From Candidatus Latescibacterota bacterium (lineage in GTDB: Bacteria; Latescibacterota; UBA2968; UBA8231), in contig CBDETK010000013.1 of assembly GCA_965242865.1 (NCBI GenBank), positions 5,248,001 through 5,312,000 of the forward strand: a DNA stretch of 64,000 nt. The letters run 5' to 3'. Below are positions 1-10,800 of the stretch, one piece after another. Under the pieces are notes generated by a model that did no database searches, was not told the origin of the DNA, and saw nothing but the letters and a program-made list of their open reading frames with translations. How positions within the stretch are numbered: the stretch's first letter is position 1; every line of letters begins with the position of its first letter. The position numbers were made by a program, and so were the translations under genes.

Positions 1-278
1 ACGCTCGTAGCGCCCAAGCGCAGCGTATCCGCGGCCGCGCCAAAACCAGCGCCGCGAATGCCCACGATCACTTCGAGCGCGTCGTCTTGCAGATTTTTGA
101 GGGAAACGGCCGCCCGCGCCTCCACGCCGACGCCGACGACGCCCAAGTCGAGTGCCTTCGGGGTCGTGGCGATGGGTTGGGCGCGCAGGATCGCGGGCAG
201 GAGCAGGAGGGCGAACAGAACAAAAGAAGAGCGACCAACCCGCCAGAATACCGAATACAATGTTTGTCGAAGTTCCAC
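1..278 (-). CDS. Secreted protein with Ig-like (ASH/choice-of-anchor-D-like) domain, 5' part only; runs off window
   Basis: Frame not in ORF track reads ...SSFVLFALLLLPAILRA-QPIATTPKALDLGVVGVGVEARAAVSLKN...: signal-peptide-like stretch then P-x-x-LDxG-x-V-x-VG pattern. Start uncertain (GTG 278 or TTG 260). Confidence 0.55.
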   Translation of the reverse strand, partial: MELRQTLYSVFWRVGRSSFVLFALLLLPAILRAQPIATTPKALDLGVVGVGVEARAAVSLKNLQDDALEVIVGIRGAGFGAAADTLRLGATS

Positions 279-374
279 ATCGCAGAGAAGTGGAGAACTT
301 CCTCTGGGGCATTCTTTATGCGGATTCAGGTCGCTCTTTGTCTGCCGAAACATACGCTTAAATCTCTCACCATG

Positions 375-1541
375 TCAAGCGGAGAGAATCTGTCGCAACC
401 CTTCGACGAGCCGGTCCATGCCCTCGGCCACGTCCTCTTGGCGCAGTGCGCCGTAAGCAACGCGCAAATAGCAGTCTGCGCTCAATCCAAAGGCGTTGCC
501 GGGGATGACGGCGACCTTGTGGTCCCGCACCAAGCGCGTGACCACTGCCATGGCGTTGAGATCGGTTTGCAACCGCGCCAGCAAATAAAACGCGCCTTCG
601 GCCGCCGGCACTTGGACCCGGGGGCTTAGCGCGCCGAGCCGCGCTAAGCAGAGCTGGCGGACCGCATCCATGCCCGCGAGATAGCCCTCGCAGTACGCGG
701 CCCCGGCCGCGAGTGCCCCGAGCGCGGCGCATTGCGAGATGACCGGCGGGCATATAAGCACGGTGTCTTGAATTTTTTCCAGCGCACCTAGCAGGTGCCG
801 CGGGGCCACGAGGTAGCCGACCCGCCAACTGGCGAGGCCGTAGGCTTTGGAAAAGGAAAAGAGCGAGATGGTGTGCTCGGCGCTGTGGGGCAGGGAGCCG
901 GGCGAAAAGTGCCGGGCCGCGCCGTACGTGAAGTACTCGTACGCCTCGTCGGCAACGTGGTAAAGGCCCCGCTCGCAGCAGAGCCGATTGACCGCGGCCA
1001 AGTCTGCGGGCCGATACACCGCGCCCGTTGGATTGTTGGGCGAGATCGTGACAACCGCGCGGGTGCGCGGGGTGATCGCGGCCTCAATCGCGGCGAGGTC
1101 GAGCTGATAGGCTTCGTCCGTCGGCACGACGACCGCCCGGCAATTGGCCATGGCTACGGCCATTTCGTGGTTGAAGTAAAACGGCGCCATCACCACGATC
1201 TCGTCGCCCGGATCGGCCATGGCCAGCAACGCGTGGTAAAAGCCCATGTTGGAACCGGCCGTGACCATTAAGAGCTGGTCGTCGCCCACCTCAATTTGGT
1301 TCTCGGCCGCGAGCTTTTGCCGCAGTCCGGCCCTGAGTTCGGGCAGGCCGAGGGCGGCCTGATAGTGGTGCTCGGCCAGCGCGCCGCCAAAGTGGGCGAT
1401 CGCCTGCATGGCCTGGGGCGGCGGCGGGTAGTGAACCACGCCTTGGCCGAGGGAAATGGTGCCCTCGTGGTCGCGGATGAGGGCGGCCAAATACGGGATC
1501 ACCGGGCTTTGTACCGCCCGCATGCGCTTTGAGTCGAACAT
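375..1541 (-). CDS. PLP-dependent aminotransferase class I/II
   Basis: ISLGQG, SPNNPTG, DEAYEYF and SFSKAYGLASWRVG (PLP lysine) motifs; start moved to ATG 1541 (MFDSKR). Confidence 0.92.
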   Translation of the reverse strand: MFDSKRMRAVQSPVIPYLAALIRDHEGTISLGQGVVHYPPPPQAMQAIAHFGGALAEHHYQAALGLPELRAGLRQKLAAENQIEVGDDQLLMVTAGSNMGFYHALLAMADPGDEIVVMAPFYFNHEMAVAMANCRAVVVPTDEAYQLDLAAIEAAITPRTRAVVTISPNNPTGAVYRPADLAAVNRLCCERGLYHVADEAYEYFTYGAARHFSPGSLPHSAEHTISLFSFSKAYGLASWRVGYLVAPRHLLGALEKIQDTVLICPPVISQCAALGALAAGAAYCEGYLAGMDAVRQLCLARLGALSPRVQVPAAEGAFYLLARLQTDLNAMAVVTRLVRDHKVAVIPGNAFGLSADCYLRVAYGALRQEDVAEGMDRLVEGLRQILSA

Positions 1542-1685
1542 GGGCTGTTGAATTCTCGCTTTATGACAGCGGTTCAAGGTATAGAATACGCCGCAAGTAC
1601 ACTACACGCCACGACCCACCGCGGCCAAATCTCACCCATACGACAGTCTCGCCCCGCACGCCGTCGCTGCCTAGCTTCTGCACGT

Positions 1686-1711
1686 GGAACTTTCGCTAGC
1701 GGCGAAGCGTT
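1686..1711 (+). promoter_or_regulatory. Putative ECF sigma-factor promoter upstream of creD
   Basis: GGAAC-N17-CGTT (1686-1690, 1708-1711), then AAGGAG RBS before ATG 1743. Confidence 0.45.
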
Positions 1712-1742
1712 CAAACGCAAACGCGATTAAAGGAGAGCTATC

Positions 1743-2984
1743 ATGCTATACCGCATCGCCGCCATCGGCTTCATTTTTGCCGGCACGACCGTCGCTTGGC
1801 TCATCTTGGCGCAGGTCGTCTCCTACCGCACCCACCACCAAGACACCAAGCTCAAAGCGGCCGTGGGGCAATTGTGGGGCATCCCCCAATCCCAACTCGC
1901 TCCGCTCCTGTACTGGACCACCGAGGAAATCGTCGTCCAACCGGCCGCCGATGGCCCAGCGGTAGAGCACGTTAGGGAGCGGCGACACCTCCTGCCCCTA
2001 CAAGCGAGTCGCTTACAGGTCGATTTGCACCTCGAACACCGCCGCAAGGGCCTGCTGTGGTATCCCACCTATCAAGTGGCCCTAGACGCCACCTATACCG
2101 CGACCAACGCGACCGACCGACCCCTCGACCTGACCTTTGATCTAGCCCTGCCTAGTCCCCAAGCCGTGTACGACGATTTCACCCTGTCCCTCGACGGCCA
2201 ACCCAGCACCCCGCTGCCGCTGGCGGAAGGGCACCTGCGGCAGCCGTTGCACTTAGCGCCGGGCCAGAGCCGCCAAATCCGCCTTGCCTATCAATCGCAG
2301 GGGCTGGAACAATGGGAATACCGCTTCGGCGACCACGTCGAGCAAGTTTCCGACTTTGAGTTGACCATGCTCACGAATTTCGACGCCATTGACTTCCCGG
2401 GCCAAAGCCTGTCGCCCACCCACAAGGAGCGCACGGCCGACGGCTGGCGTCTCACCTGGCAGTACGATCGGCTGCTCACCGGGGCCGACCTCGGCATGGT
2501 CATGCCCGCCCGCCTCAACCCAGGCCCTTGGGTCCAAGACGTGACCGAGGCCGCTCCCATATCCCTCTTTCTCTTCTTCTTTGTGCTCTTCGTCTTCACC
2601 GCGGTCAAAGGCATTGATATTCACCCGATGAACTACTTCTTCATCGGCGCGGCCTTTTTCAGCTTCCACTTGCTGTTGGCCTATCTGGCCGACCACTTGC
2701 TCATCCACTACGCCTTTTTGGTAGCCGCGGCCGTGTCGGTTTTTCTAGTCGTCTCGTACATGCGGCTGGTGGTCGGCCTGCGGCTGGCCTTGGTGGAGGT
2801 GGGCTTGGCCCAATTCATTTACTTGGTCCTGTTCTCCTACACCTTCTTCTTTGTCGGCTACACCGGCTTGGCCATCACCGTCCTCTGCATCGCCACCCTG
2901 TTCGCTGCCATGCAGTTTACTGGCCGGATGGACTGGTCGGCCGCGTTTGCCCGGCCGCCGGCGTCGGCTCAGCAGTCCGAGTGA
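1743..2984 (+). CDS. creD: Inner membrane CreD-family protein
   Basis: N-terminal TM, periplasmic domain with RRKGLLWYPTY, C-terminal multi-TM bundle with IHPMNYFFIG...LLLAYL...; strong RBS. Confidence 0.75.
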   Translation: MLYRIAAIGFIFAGTTVAWLILAQVVSYRTHHQDTKLKAAVGQLWGIPQSQLAPLLYWTTEEIVVQPAADGPAVEHVRERRHLLPLQASRLQVDLHLEHRRKGLLWYPTYQVALDATYTATNATDRPLDLTFDLALPSPQAVYDDFTLSLDGQPSTPLPLAEGHLRQPLHLAPGQSRQIRLAYQSQGLEQWEYRFGDHVEQVSDFELTMLTNFDAIDFPGQSLSPTHKERTADGWRLTWQYDRLLTGADLGMVMPARLNPGPWVQDVTEAAPISLFLFFFVLFVFTAVKGIDIHPMNYFFIGAAFFSFHLLLAYLADHLLIHYAFLVAAAVSVFLVVSYMRLVVGLRLALVEVGLAQFIYLVLFSYTFFFVGYTGLAITVLCIATLFAAMQFTGRMDWSAAFARPPASAQQSE

Positions 2985-3624
2985 CGCCCCGCAACCGCGC
3001 CGACGCCTCCGTATCCAACAGATCCGTGCGGCCATCCGCCCCAATCGCACGAGCACCGAGTTTCAGCAGGTTCGCATTGGCGGGACTGTCGAGGGTGAGG
3101 AGGGGTTTGCCGGAGTCAGCAACCTTGCGGGCTAACTCCTCCGTCTTGCCAGCACGAGCGGCGTAGGCGATGAAAACCCGGCTAGCGAGCGTAACTACCA
3201 AGTCGTTTCGTTGGGCTGCCAGCTTTACCGTTGGACGGTGCTGCGACGGCGGGAAAGGCGACAGAACCAGCAGCCTTCGCTCGGCGATGGCCGGACGCCA
3301 GTCGCGGGGAACCCGCATGTTGTCAATGCTGCGAGCGGGGCATACCACGACGGGCTGGCTGCCTCGCAGCAACAGGCGCAGGCACTCCTTCTCCATGGGT
3401 GTCTGAAAGCCGCCTATTACGGGCGTCTTTGCCTCGCGCATGGCCCTCGCCAAATCGTAGGTCTTGAGGATTAGGTCGCCGGGGCAGCGGACGGAGCAGA
3501 AGAGTGCGGTGTGTTCCGAGTTGAGAATTTCGGGAGCACCGATAGCCCGCAAGCGAGGTTTGGACTTTGAGGGCAGCGGTTGGACCGCTAGCGTAGGAGT
3601 TGGGAACGACTGCATGTCTTGCAT
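2917..3624 (-). CDS. Short DprA/SMF (SLOG-like) protein
   Basis: ALFCSVRCPG...VIGGFQTPMEKECL...CPARS...AAQRN pattern of short DprA-like proteins; the C-terminal tail runs through the direct repeat into antisense creD. Confidence 0.72.
   Translation of the reverse strand: MQDMQSFPTPTLAVQPLPSKSKPRLRAIGAPEILNSEHTALFCSVRCPGDLILKTYDLARAMREAKTPVIGGFQTPMEKECLRLLLRGSQPVVVCPARSIDNMRVPRDWRPAIAERRLLVLSPFPPSQHRPTVKLAAQRNDLVVTLASRVFIAYAARAGKTEELARKVADSGKPLLTLDSPANANLLKLGARAIGADGRTDLLDTEASARLRGVTRTAEPTPAAGQTRPTSPSGQ
2968..3002 (+). repeat. Left copy of 35-bp direct repeat bounding defence island 1
   Basis: ctcagcagtccgagtgacgccccgcaaccgcgccg; matches 14638-14672 at 34/35. Confidence 0.92.
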
Positions 3625-3642
3625 TAGGGAATGAATTGTAGA

Positions 3643-6600
3643 TCATCCGAGACGGAGCTCAACGGTGATTGCAGGTTTTCTCTTTTGTACCGTCTTCACC
3701 GCAGTGGCTACGATATTGCTTCCTGAGTCGATTTCAGGTGCTAGGCGTTGAGCCAGGCCCCGCGGGAGGAAGCCGACTTGCCCAGCCTTATGATGTACGG
3801 CGATGGCATTCGGATCTACAGGATTTTCATAATCTCGGCGCAGTTCAAGTTTATCTTCTGCTCTGACACGCCGCGCAGCTATCCAGCGGTTTTCGTAGGA
3901 TATTCCAACTACCTTCTCCTGAATAGGAAGAACTTCATGGAGCGGCCTAATTGGATTAAGTAGTGGATTGACAGCCATTCTTCCAAGTTTGTACCTGAGG
4001 TCGTTGAGTACATATCCAGTAACGCCATATTCCTGACGTAGGGAGTCGTCAGATACGCTAGACAGCCAAGTAACGAAATTCTCGTGAGAAGAAATATCCG
4101 AGACTTGCCCTTCAAAGCCTTCTGCCAATCTGCATGCAATATCCCGAGAAGTAATTCCTGCCGACATCGCCCACGAAGCCACAGGATCAGGAAGCCCATG
4201 CTTAACCATTGACGGATAGCATCGAATGTACTCCGACAGTTCTTGGATACCTAATGCCTCCTTGGAAATCCGAAACAGAGCGGAGATAATCCAAGGTAGT
4301 CGATATCCAAATAACTCTTCTATATATCCAGATATATCCTCTACAGAGTCCGCTATACTCCGTGTACTCCTAACGATTTCATTTATGGACGTTCCGTCCA
4401 ACCACAAACCAAGCAAAACCTCGGGATCACCTGCAAAATCGGTTACAGTCTGTGCCTCAGGCAAAGGAAGGCTCGCATCGAGCACTAAGCGGTTTAGGTC
4501 TTTGAGGCTATCGGAGCCGGCATTGAGAAGCAGGACACTCAACGTATCTGTGTGTGTGTCTGCGAATCTACTCAATGTTTCACAAGAGTAGCTGCTTAGA
4601 CCTGTCTGAGCATAAATTCGTCTCCATGATGCTTCAGGGGCTCGATCGAACACTTTCTCGGCAGCTAGTTGAGCGGATTTGACTAGCGGGTCAATATTTA
4701 TATTCTGAGTACGAGATTGCTGCGTTATATATGTTTTCTCCAAACTAGTGATCCATTCATAGGTGTTGGCAGCCTCAACCTCCTCTTCTACTGCAATAGC
4801 AAGTATCTCTGGATCTAGAGTCGCCGCAGCATTTTCTATCGCCTCATCGGAGATGCGCGAGGAGACGATTTGCTGGAGTAGTTGATATAGTGCGCCAGAA
4901 ACAGGCTCCAGATTCCCGATGTTTCCGTAGTGGTTGAAGTCCCTCCGATCCTTGTCATCCAGAGTTATGTGGACGACCAGTCCTTCTGTTTCCTGTCCTG
5001 CCCGACCAGCCCGACCAGCTATATTCCAGTAGTCCCGACTTGTAATTCGCCATTTCCGACGCTCTGCGTCTGTACGCCAGACGCTGTGTATTATCACGGT
5101 CCTGACAGGCAGGTTCACACCTTGAGCCAGCGTATTGGTCGCAACAATCACTTTGTAATGACCAGCACGACAGTCAATCTCAATAGCCTCTCGAACGACG
5201 TTAGGCAGCCGCCCGTGATGAGGGGCAACTCCTTGGGATAAGGCTTGTGTGACAATATGTTCTTCTCCCAACCACTCCTTTGCAAGTGCAAGAGATCTAG
5301 TCGTCTCTACACGGACAAAGTGGGGATGGACTGATTCCCCAGTTAGCTCCCTAAACCGGATCGATTTGTTGAGAATCGCGTCGCAAACACTCTCAACCCA
5401 TTTTCGTTGTGTACAGAAAACCAGAACAGGACCCTGCTCCGAAAATGTATATGCTAGTTCAGCAGCGGTATCTCCCTTAGTTAGTTTTGGGTACTTAGAG
5501 GTATTTGTGCGTCGGGTATCCTTGTTTATGAAACGGTATTGCTTCTGTGATATGGCTCCAGGAACAAATGAATCCAAATCTGAAATTTCTGAATTCCGCT
5601 CAAATAGGATTACGCCATTAGTACCTTGCCAATCAAATCGCGCTCGTCTTTGAATTGTTGGTCGCCAATCCGACATGACGGTTCTATCGGGAGAATTCGC
5701 AAGCCACGCGGCAAAGTCCTTTAGCGTCGAATCTGGGACCACGGCAGACATTACCAAGAAGCGAATCGTTGGCAATCTGTGCTTTATTCTGCTCAACAAA
5801 AGCTCGAACTTTATACCGCGACTTGCGTCATCCATGATGTGGACTTCATCTAGCACTATTAGCTTGATCTGATCTGATATGTCTGGCCGGAGGCGCAGAA
5901 CAAGGTCCAGCTTTTCGGGTGTAAGTATCAGCAAATCGGCTGTTTGTAGAAGAAATTCCTCGAATTCGTCCGACTCGTAAGAACCGATGACGACAGATGA
6001 AACTCGATAACCTAGGTCATTCAGTACCGATCCCATGCTCCTTTCAACTTCTGCTGCCAAAGCTCGATATGGAGCAACAAACACGCACTTGGCTTCGGGA
6101 TGCCGTTGAAGGGTGTCAATGATGGCCATTTCCGCTATGCGCGTCTTACCGCCGCTGGTGGGCAGGCGAACAACAGCACTGTCATCTGAACCTAAGAAGC
6201 CAGATTCAAGCACTTTTATCTGGGACGGCCACAGTTCAGTCACTCCCCTAGAGCGGGGCCTTGCAAGGAGAGTCAAGTAACGCTTCCACACTTCAGATTC
6301 TCTAGAATGGCCTTCAAGTTGAGACCAAGTGCTTCGCTTCATCATTAACGGAAGCACTGATTGAATTCCATACGCGATGTTAGAGTGCAATGGAGCACCG
6401 AGGCCGGTGAATACCTTAGTAGCCTCATCCAACAACTTCATTGCCTCATGATATGCCGATTGATCACCACTCAGGAAGAAACGGCACGCTTTGGATAACC
6501 CGTCTGCAAGAACGACTTCGCCCAACTCTAACGATAGAACATCTAAGGGCAGTTCAAGGTCTGGTGGGAACTGGAGGAGACGATTGGCAAGCTGCTCAGT

Positions 6601-7065
6601 GACAATTATCCTCCGTTGTATGAACGACGCGACAAGTGCCTGAGCATCCGCCCTCGAATCGGGTTGCGGATCGGGCAAGACTTCCTTAGCGAGGTATGCT
6701 GCGTTGGCTTGATAGCCTGCAAGTTCGTATGCTAGAGCAGCGTTGAGTAAGGCGATTGGTCTTGTTACTCCCTCGTCCAGTCTAGCCAGACTTTCCCATG
6801 CGAGCGCTAGTTGGCGCGAGTGTTTCTCATTTTCGACAGCATAGTTCGGATCAGCAAGGGTCCCCGCCTCAAGCGCGTACAAAGCAGCGGCTGAATTTCG
6901 AGCAAAGCGGTTTGCAACATAAGTCCAGTGAGGAGATCGCTGAAGCTCGCCTATGGCCTGCAATGTTGCCTTCGACCTAACCTGAGCCAGTTCGCTCTGG
7001 AATCCTCGGTCGGCCAACAAAGCCTGCATACGAAATTGCAAATCAATATGATTGTCATTGGTCAT
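3643..7065 (-). CDS. hamB: Ski2-like DEAD/DEAH helicase (Hachiman HamB-like) with C-terminal HIRAN domain
   Basis: PTSGGKT, DEVH, QGVNLP, AGRAGR; C-terminal VVGISYENR...LRRDYENPVDPNAIAV...VGFLPR (HIRAN); start overlaps stop of HamA-like gene. Confidence 0.75.
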   Translation of the reverse strand: MTNDNHIDLQFRMQALLADRGFQSELAQVRSKATLQAIGELQRSPHWTYVANRFARNSAAALYALEAGTLADPNYAVENEKHSRQLALAWESLARLDEGVTRPIALLNAALAYELAGYQANAAYLAKEVLPDPQPDSRADAQALVASFIQRRIIVTEQLANRLLQFPPDLELPLDVLSLELGEVVLADGLSKACRFFLSGDQSAYHEAMKLLDEATKVFTGLGAPLHSNIAYGIQSVLPLMMKRSTWSQLEGHSRESEVWKRYLTLLARPRSRGVTELWPSQIKVLESGFLGSDDSAVVRLPTSGGKTRIAEMAIIDTLQRHPEAKCVFVAPYRALAAEVERSMGSVLNDLGYRVSSVVIGSYESDEFEEFLLQTADLLILTPEKLDLVLRLRPDISDQIKLIVLDEVHIMDDASRGIKFELLLSRIKHRLPTIRFLVMSAVVPDSTLKDFAAWLANSPDRTVMSDWRPTIQRRARFDWQGTNGVILFERNSEISDLDSFVPGAISQKQYRFINKDTRRTNTSKYPKLTKGDTAAELAYTFSEQGPVLVFCTQRKWVESVCDAILNKSIRFRELTGESVHPHFVRVETTRSLALAKEWLGEEHIVTQALSQGVAPHHGRLPNVVREAIEIDCRAGHYKVIVATNTLAQGVNLPVRTVIIHSVWRTDAERRKWRITSRDYWNIAGRAGRAGQETEGLVVHITLDDKDRRDFNHYGNIGNLEPVSGALYQLLQQIVSSRISDEAIENAAATLDPEILAIAVEEEVEAANTYEWITSLEKTYITQQSRTQNINIDPLVKSAQLAAEKVFDRAPEASWRRIYAQTGLSSYSCETLSRFADTHTDTLSVLLLNAGSDSLKDLNRLVLDASLPLPEAQTVTDFAGDPEVLLGLWLDGTSINEIVRSTRSIADSVEDISGYIEELFGYRLPWIISALFRISKEALGIQELSEYIRCYPSMVKHGLPDPVASWAMSAGITSRDIACRLAEGFEGQVSDISSHENFVTWLSSVSDDSLRQEYGVTGYVLNDLRYKLGRMAVNPLLNPIRPLHEVLPIQEKVVGISYENRWIAARRVRAEDKLELRRDYENPVDPNAIAVHHKAGQVGFLPRGLAQRLAPEIDSGSNIVATAVKTVQKRKPAITVELRLG

Positions 7066-7831
7066 CCTCAACTACCTCCACGCCAAGATTTGAAAATGCC
7101 GCGTCAGCGAGTTGCCTAAGATCAGTGATTCTTGCAACGTACACATGGAGAGGTTCAAGGCCGCGATTTTCGTCTTCAAGATTTATGAGAATTTGCTCAT
7201 CCCAAGTGGCCTCTTCATGTAGGAGCACTAAGAGAAATTCATCTAGCTCAGCTTCACGATTAAAAATATAGTCTTCGATCAATTTCGTAAGAGGATTATT
7301 TGTTTCTCGCAGTTGTCGAGCCACAAAGGCCAAGGTTTCAGAATTCGCGCTATCCGCATCTTGCTGTAGCTGCTTTGTCCCTTGGACAGCTACAGCTGGA
7401 TCCTTAGTAGTGCGAAATTTAGATTCGACGAACGCTACCTTGACGAGCTTATTGTCGGAAAATCGAAATGCGATACAGTCGGTTCCGGGTAAAGTCTGAT
7501 TCGCACTCATTTTGTACCTGAGCTTTATCACAGGGATATGATAGCCTTCCACGGTCTTGAGATATTCGACGGTTAGGGCTTCCCCAAAATCGCCGCGCCT
7601 CACTGAGGACCGAGTATCGGAACGCGACCTAAGAAATTTGTCGCGAACTTTCCCGTATCCGTATCTATCTGCTACATCGGCGAGGTAGTCAGTGCCCCAA
7701 TACGAGTCTCTCATAAGATCGGCCAATTCAGTAGGCGACGGCACTGAGTTGGTCTCTTTAACGTCAGTGACCTCAAACGAAAAGTTAGAACCTGTTCGTG
7801 GAATCGGCTTTAGCCAGTTAGTTATATTCAA
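7055..7831 (-). CDS. hamA: Hachiman HamA-like (DUF1837) PD-(D/E)xK nuclease
   Basis: RGDFGEAL...KLRYK...PGTD...VESKFR pattern; directly upstream of and overlapping the Ski2-like helicase. Confidence 0.68.
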   Translation of the reverse strand: MNITNWLKPIPRTGSNFSFEVTDVKETNSVPSPTELADLMRDSYWGTDYLADVADRYGYGKVRDKFLRSRSDTRSSVRRGDFGEALTVEYLKTVEGYHIPVIKLRYKMSANQTLPGTDCIAFRFSDNKLVKVAFVESKFRTTKDPAVAVQGTKQLQQDADSANSETLAFVARQLRETNNPLTKLIEDYIFNREAELDEFLLVLLHEEATWDEQILINLEDENRGLEPLHVYVARITDLRQLADAAFSNLGVEVVEDDQ

Positions 7832-7867
7832 GGTGTCCCCCCGGGAGAACTCTACGGAGCCTAGCGA

Positions 7868-10800
7868 TCACTTGTCAGCTCGTTCCTGTTTATCCTCAAA
7901 AGAAGTCCTAACGACTAGCGAATGCTCTAGTTCTATTTCTTCCCACAAGTCGCTTAGCCCCAACGCTTCCAGCCATATCTTATCCGTTCGGTCAGTAATG
8001 TGACGACAACGAGCCAAGTTGAAGTTTCCTATATTCTTTCCTGCATTCAACTTAAATACTAAGTTTTCATTCATTGCATTCTGCAATTCCGGTAGAGAGG
8101 TTAAGAGACGCTTTTGTTGGCGTCCATTAAGTTGTCTTGGCCCGAACGGGGCACTTGTGAAGCTGTTCTGGGTTACGTGAAAATCATCTCCTACAGCTAT
8201 CCACCATACGAACATTATCAAGCTGTTCCCAAGAAGCATGATCAGATCTCTGTTGTCTTGCTGAAGAAATCGGACAGTTCCGTACTGAGTCTGACTTATA
8301 GGGCGAGCACCCGCACCAAATGCCGGAGGCTGCTTTACACAGAAAGTCAGCCAATTATAGGCGGTCTGCTTGAAGTGAAGAGGGTATCCTTCATTACGGC
8401 GGTGAGACAGCTCGTTCCTGAGCCGATAATCGCCACCCTCCAGTAGAGCCTCGATACTCTGCAACAGGCGGGCACTACCTATTTTAGGAACCAGTCCCTC
8501 GAACGCCTCTGGAGAGAAAACAGAGTACCACAGACGGTCAAATAACGCTGGCCGCTCGGAGTCGAACCATCGATGTAGTCGCGTAGTGAAACAACGTCTA
8601 GGCGATTTGGATGATTTATGCCCCAAGAATATCGTGTTGCGAACTCGGGTATCGAAGCTGAAAAGAGCAGATGGAATTCTTCCAAAAGATGCGAACCAAC
8701 TGAGACCGCAGTCTTGATAAAGAAGCAATCTCAGATCGGCAAAATCCGAGCTGAAGGTCAAGCTGAGTGGTACTATCATGCTGATACGTCCGTTGGCTCC
8801 GCATAAACTGAGGCTTCTCTCAACAACCATGGCGTATATATCTGGACACACTGCCGTGCGGAATCCTTTCGTGGTATATGACTCGCTCACTTTTCGTTTC
8901 GACACATACGGCGGATTCCCAACAATCACGTCAAATCCACCCCTGTGCATGACATCGTAGAACTCGACGAACCAGTGGAAGGGCTGGTGGCTGGTACGCC
9001 ATTTCTGGTAGGCAGTCTCGTCGTCAGGTTTGACGCCGTACTCGGTCGCTAAGTAGCTATCCAGCTCGCCTCGTAATCCATCAAGCCGCTCCCGCAGTTC
9101 GACCTTCGCCGCTGCAAAATCCCCCGCGTCCATGCCTTCCACCGTCTGCATACGCTGAAACATACGAAAGGCTTGGGCCGCAATCTCAGCGCGTTCCTCA
9201 ATGTCCGGCAGGGCCAACTGCTTGATCAGGTCGCCACTCAGCGTCTGTCGGATTTCCTCCAGCGAAGTAAACCCAACCAATGTGTTGCCGGGGCGGATGT
9301 TGAAATCAATGTCTGGCAGTGGCTCGATCTGGTCGTAGGTCTCCAACTGAGCGACCAACTTGAGAAACAAACGCAGCTTACATATCTCGACCGCCTCTTC
9401 CATGATGTCCACGCCGTACAGATTGTTGAGCACGATGGACTTGAGGATGAAATACCGGGAGCTGGGATGCTTCTTGACCTCCTCTAAAACGTCCCTGAAG
9501 TCGCTGAGTGTTTTTGGATGATGGGGCCGCTCTGATCGCTCAAGATCGTCGCGAAAGCCCTGCATTCCTTCCAGACATGCTGTGTAGAGCGGTTCGAGGA
9601 TATTGAGCGCGGCGAACAGGAACGCGCCAGAGCCGCACGTGGGGTCGAGCACGGACACATCGCGCATCCCATGCCAAAACGCACGCAAAAGCTCCGGCCC
9701 TTCGCTCTGGACGATGACATCCTTTGCGAATTGTTCGATGTCCAAGTTCAGAGTGATGAGGTCGTTGACGTTTTGAACCTTGCCCGAGGCGAGTTGCTCG
9801 CGGACTTCGGCGTATCGCTGGCGGCGAGCCACCACCTCGCGCCAAGTTTCGGTAGGAAGCGCGTATTCGTCAGCAGCCGGAGTGTTCCATCCGCCCCGCT
9901 TGGACACGTCATCGATTCCCGCGGCGATCTCCTCCGGTAACTCAATGGGCTGTTCTAAACGCTCGGGATCGACATCCGGTGAGTATCTCCAAGCCACTCC
10001 GTGCGCCACAGCGGGGTAGATGTACCGATCGGGATCGTCCTGCAAGAGCCGCCACACGCCGCCATCCGGCAGGAACGCCACCGGGCATTTCTTTTTGGCA
10101 GCGTCGAAGAGGAATGGGATGACCGTGTTTCGGGTGATATAGCCGGTGATGTCCTCCTTGGTGTAATAGGCCCCCATCTGCTTCTGATTGATGTACTTCT
10201 CGAAAATGTATCCGAGAACGTCGGGATTGATCTCGTTGTCTTCCCCGCGAGACCGCTCGTCTAGGTGCCAGCGGTAGCCCTCAAAGAAGGCGAACACCCT
10301 CTCGAATGCCTCGTCCGGGATACTGATGTCGGGGTTGTCGCGCTCCAAGTCGTGAACATCGAACAGGCCGCCGTTGAGGAACGGCACCTTGCCCAGCAGC
10401 GCCGCTAGCTCGGGTGCTCTTTCGGATTCCGGCTGTCCCAGCCCTTCGTGGAACAGCCGCAGCAGGAAGATGCGGTAGAACTGTTGGAACCGCCCGGCCC
10501 CGCCTTCTGTCTGTTGTACCATGTGCAGACGGTTGCGGAGATAGTCGGTGTCATCATCAAGGAAACCCTGCTTCTGGACGAAGTAGATGAACATCATGCG
10601 ATTGAGCATCAGGGATGCGTACCACTCCCGGTCCCCCTGCTCGGTGATGCCGTCGATAAAGCCTTGGAATGCGTCGAGTTCCTTCCTGAATCGCTCGTAG
10701 AACTGCTTGGTGACCTTTTCGACATCCATCGCCTGTCGGACCCGTGACGCGACCTTGGTGACGCTGAGCCCCTCTTCGCTTTCTAGGCTAAACGCGATTG

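Noticed and set aside
68-280. 70-aa Cys-rich ORF from the track
   Set aside because: An overlapping frame gives a more convincing signal peptide plus Ig-like domain running off the window.
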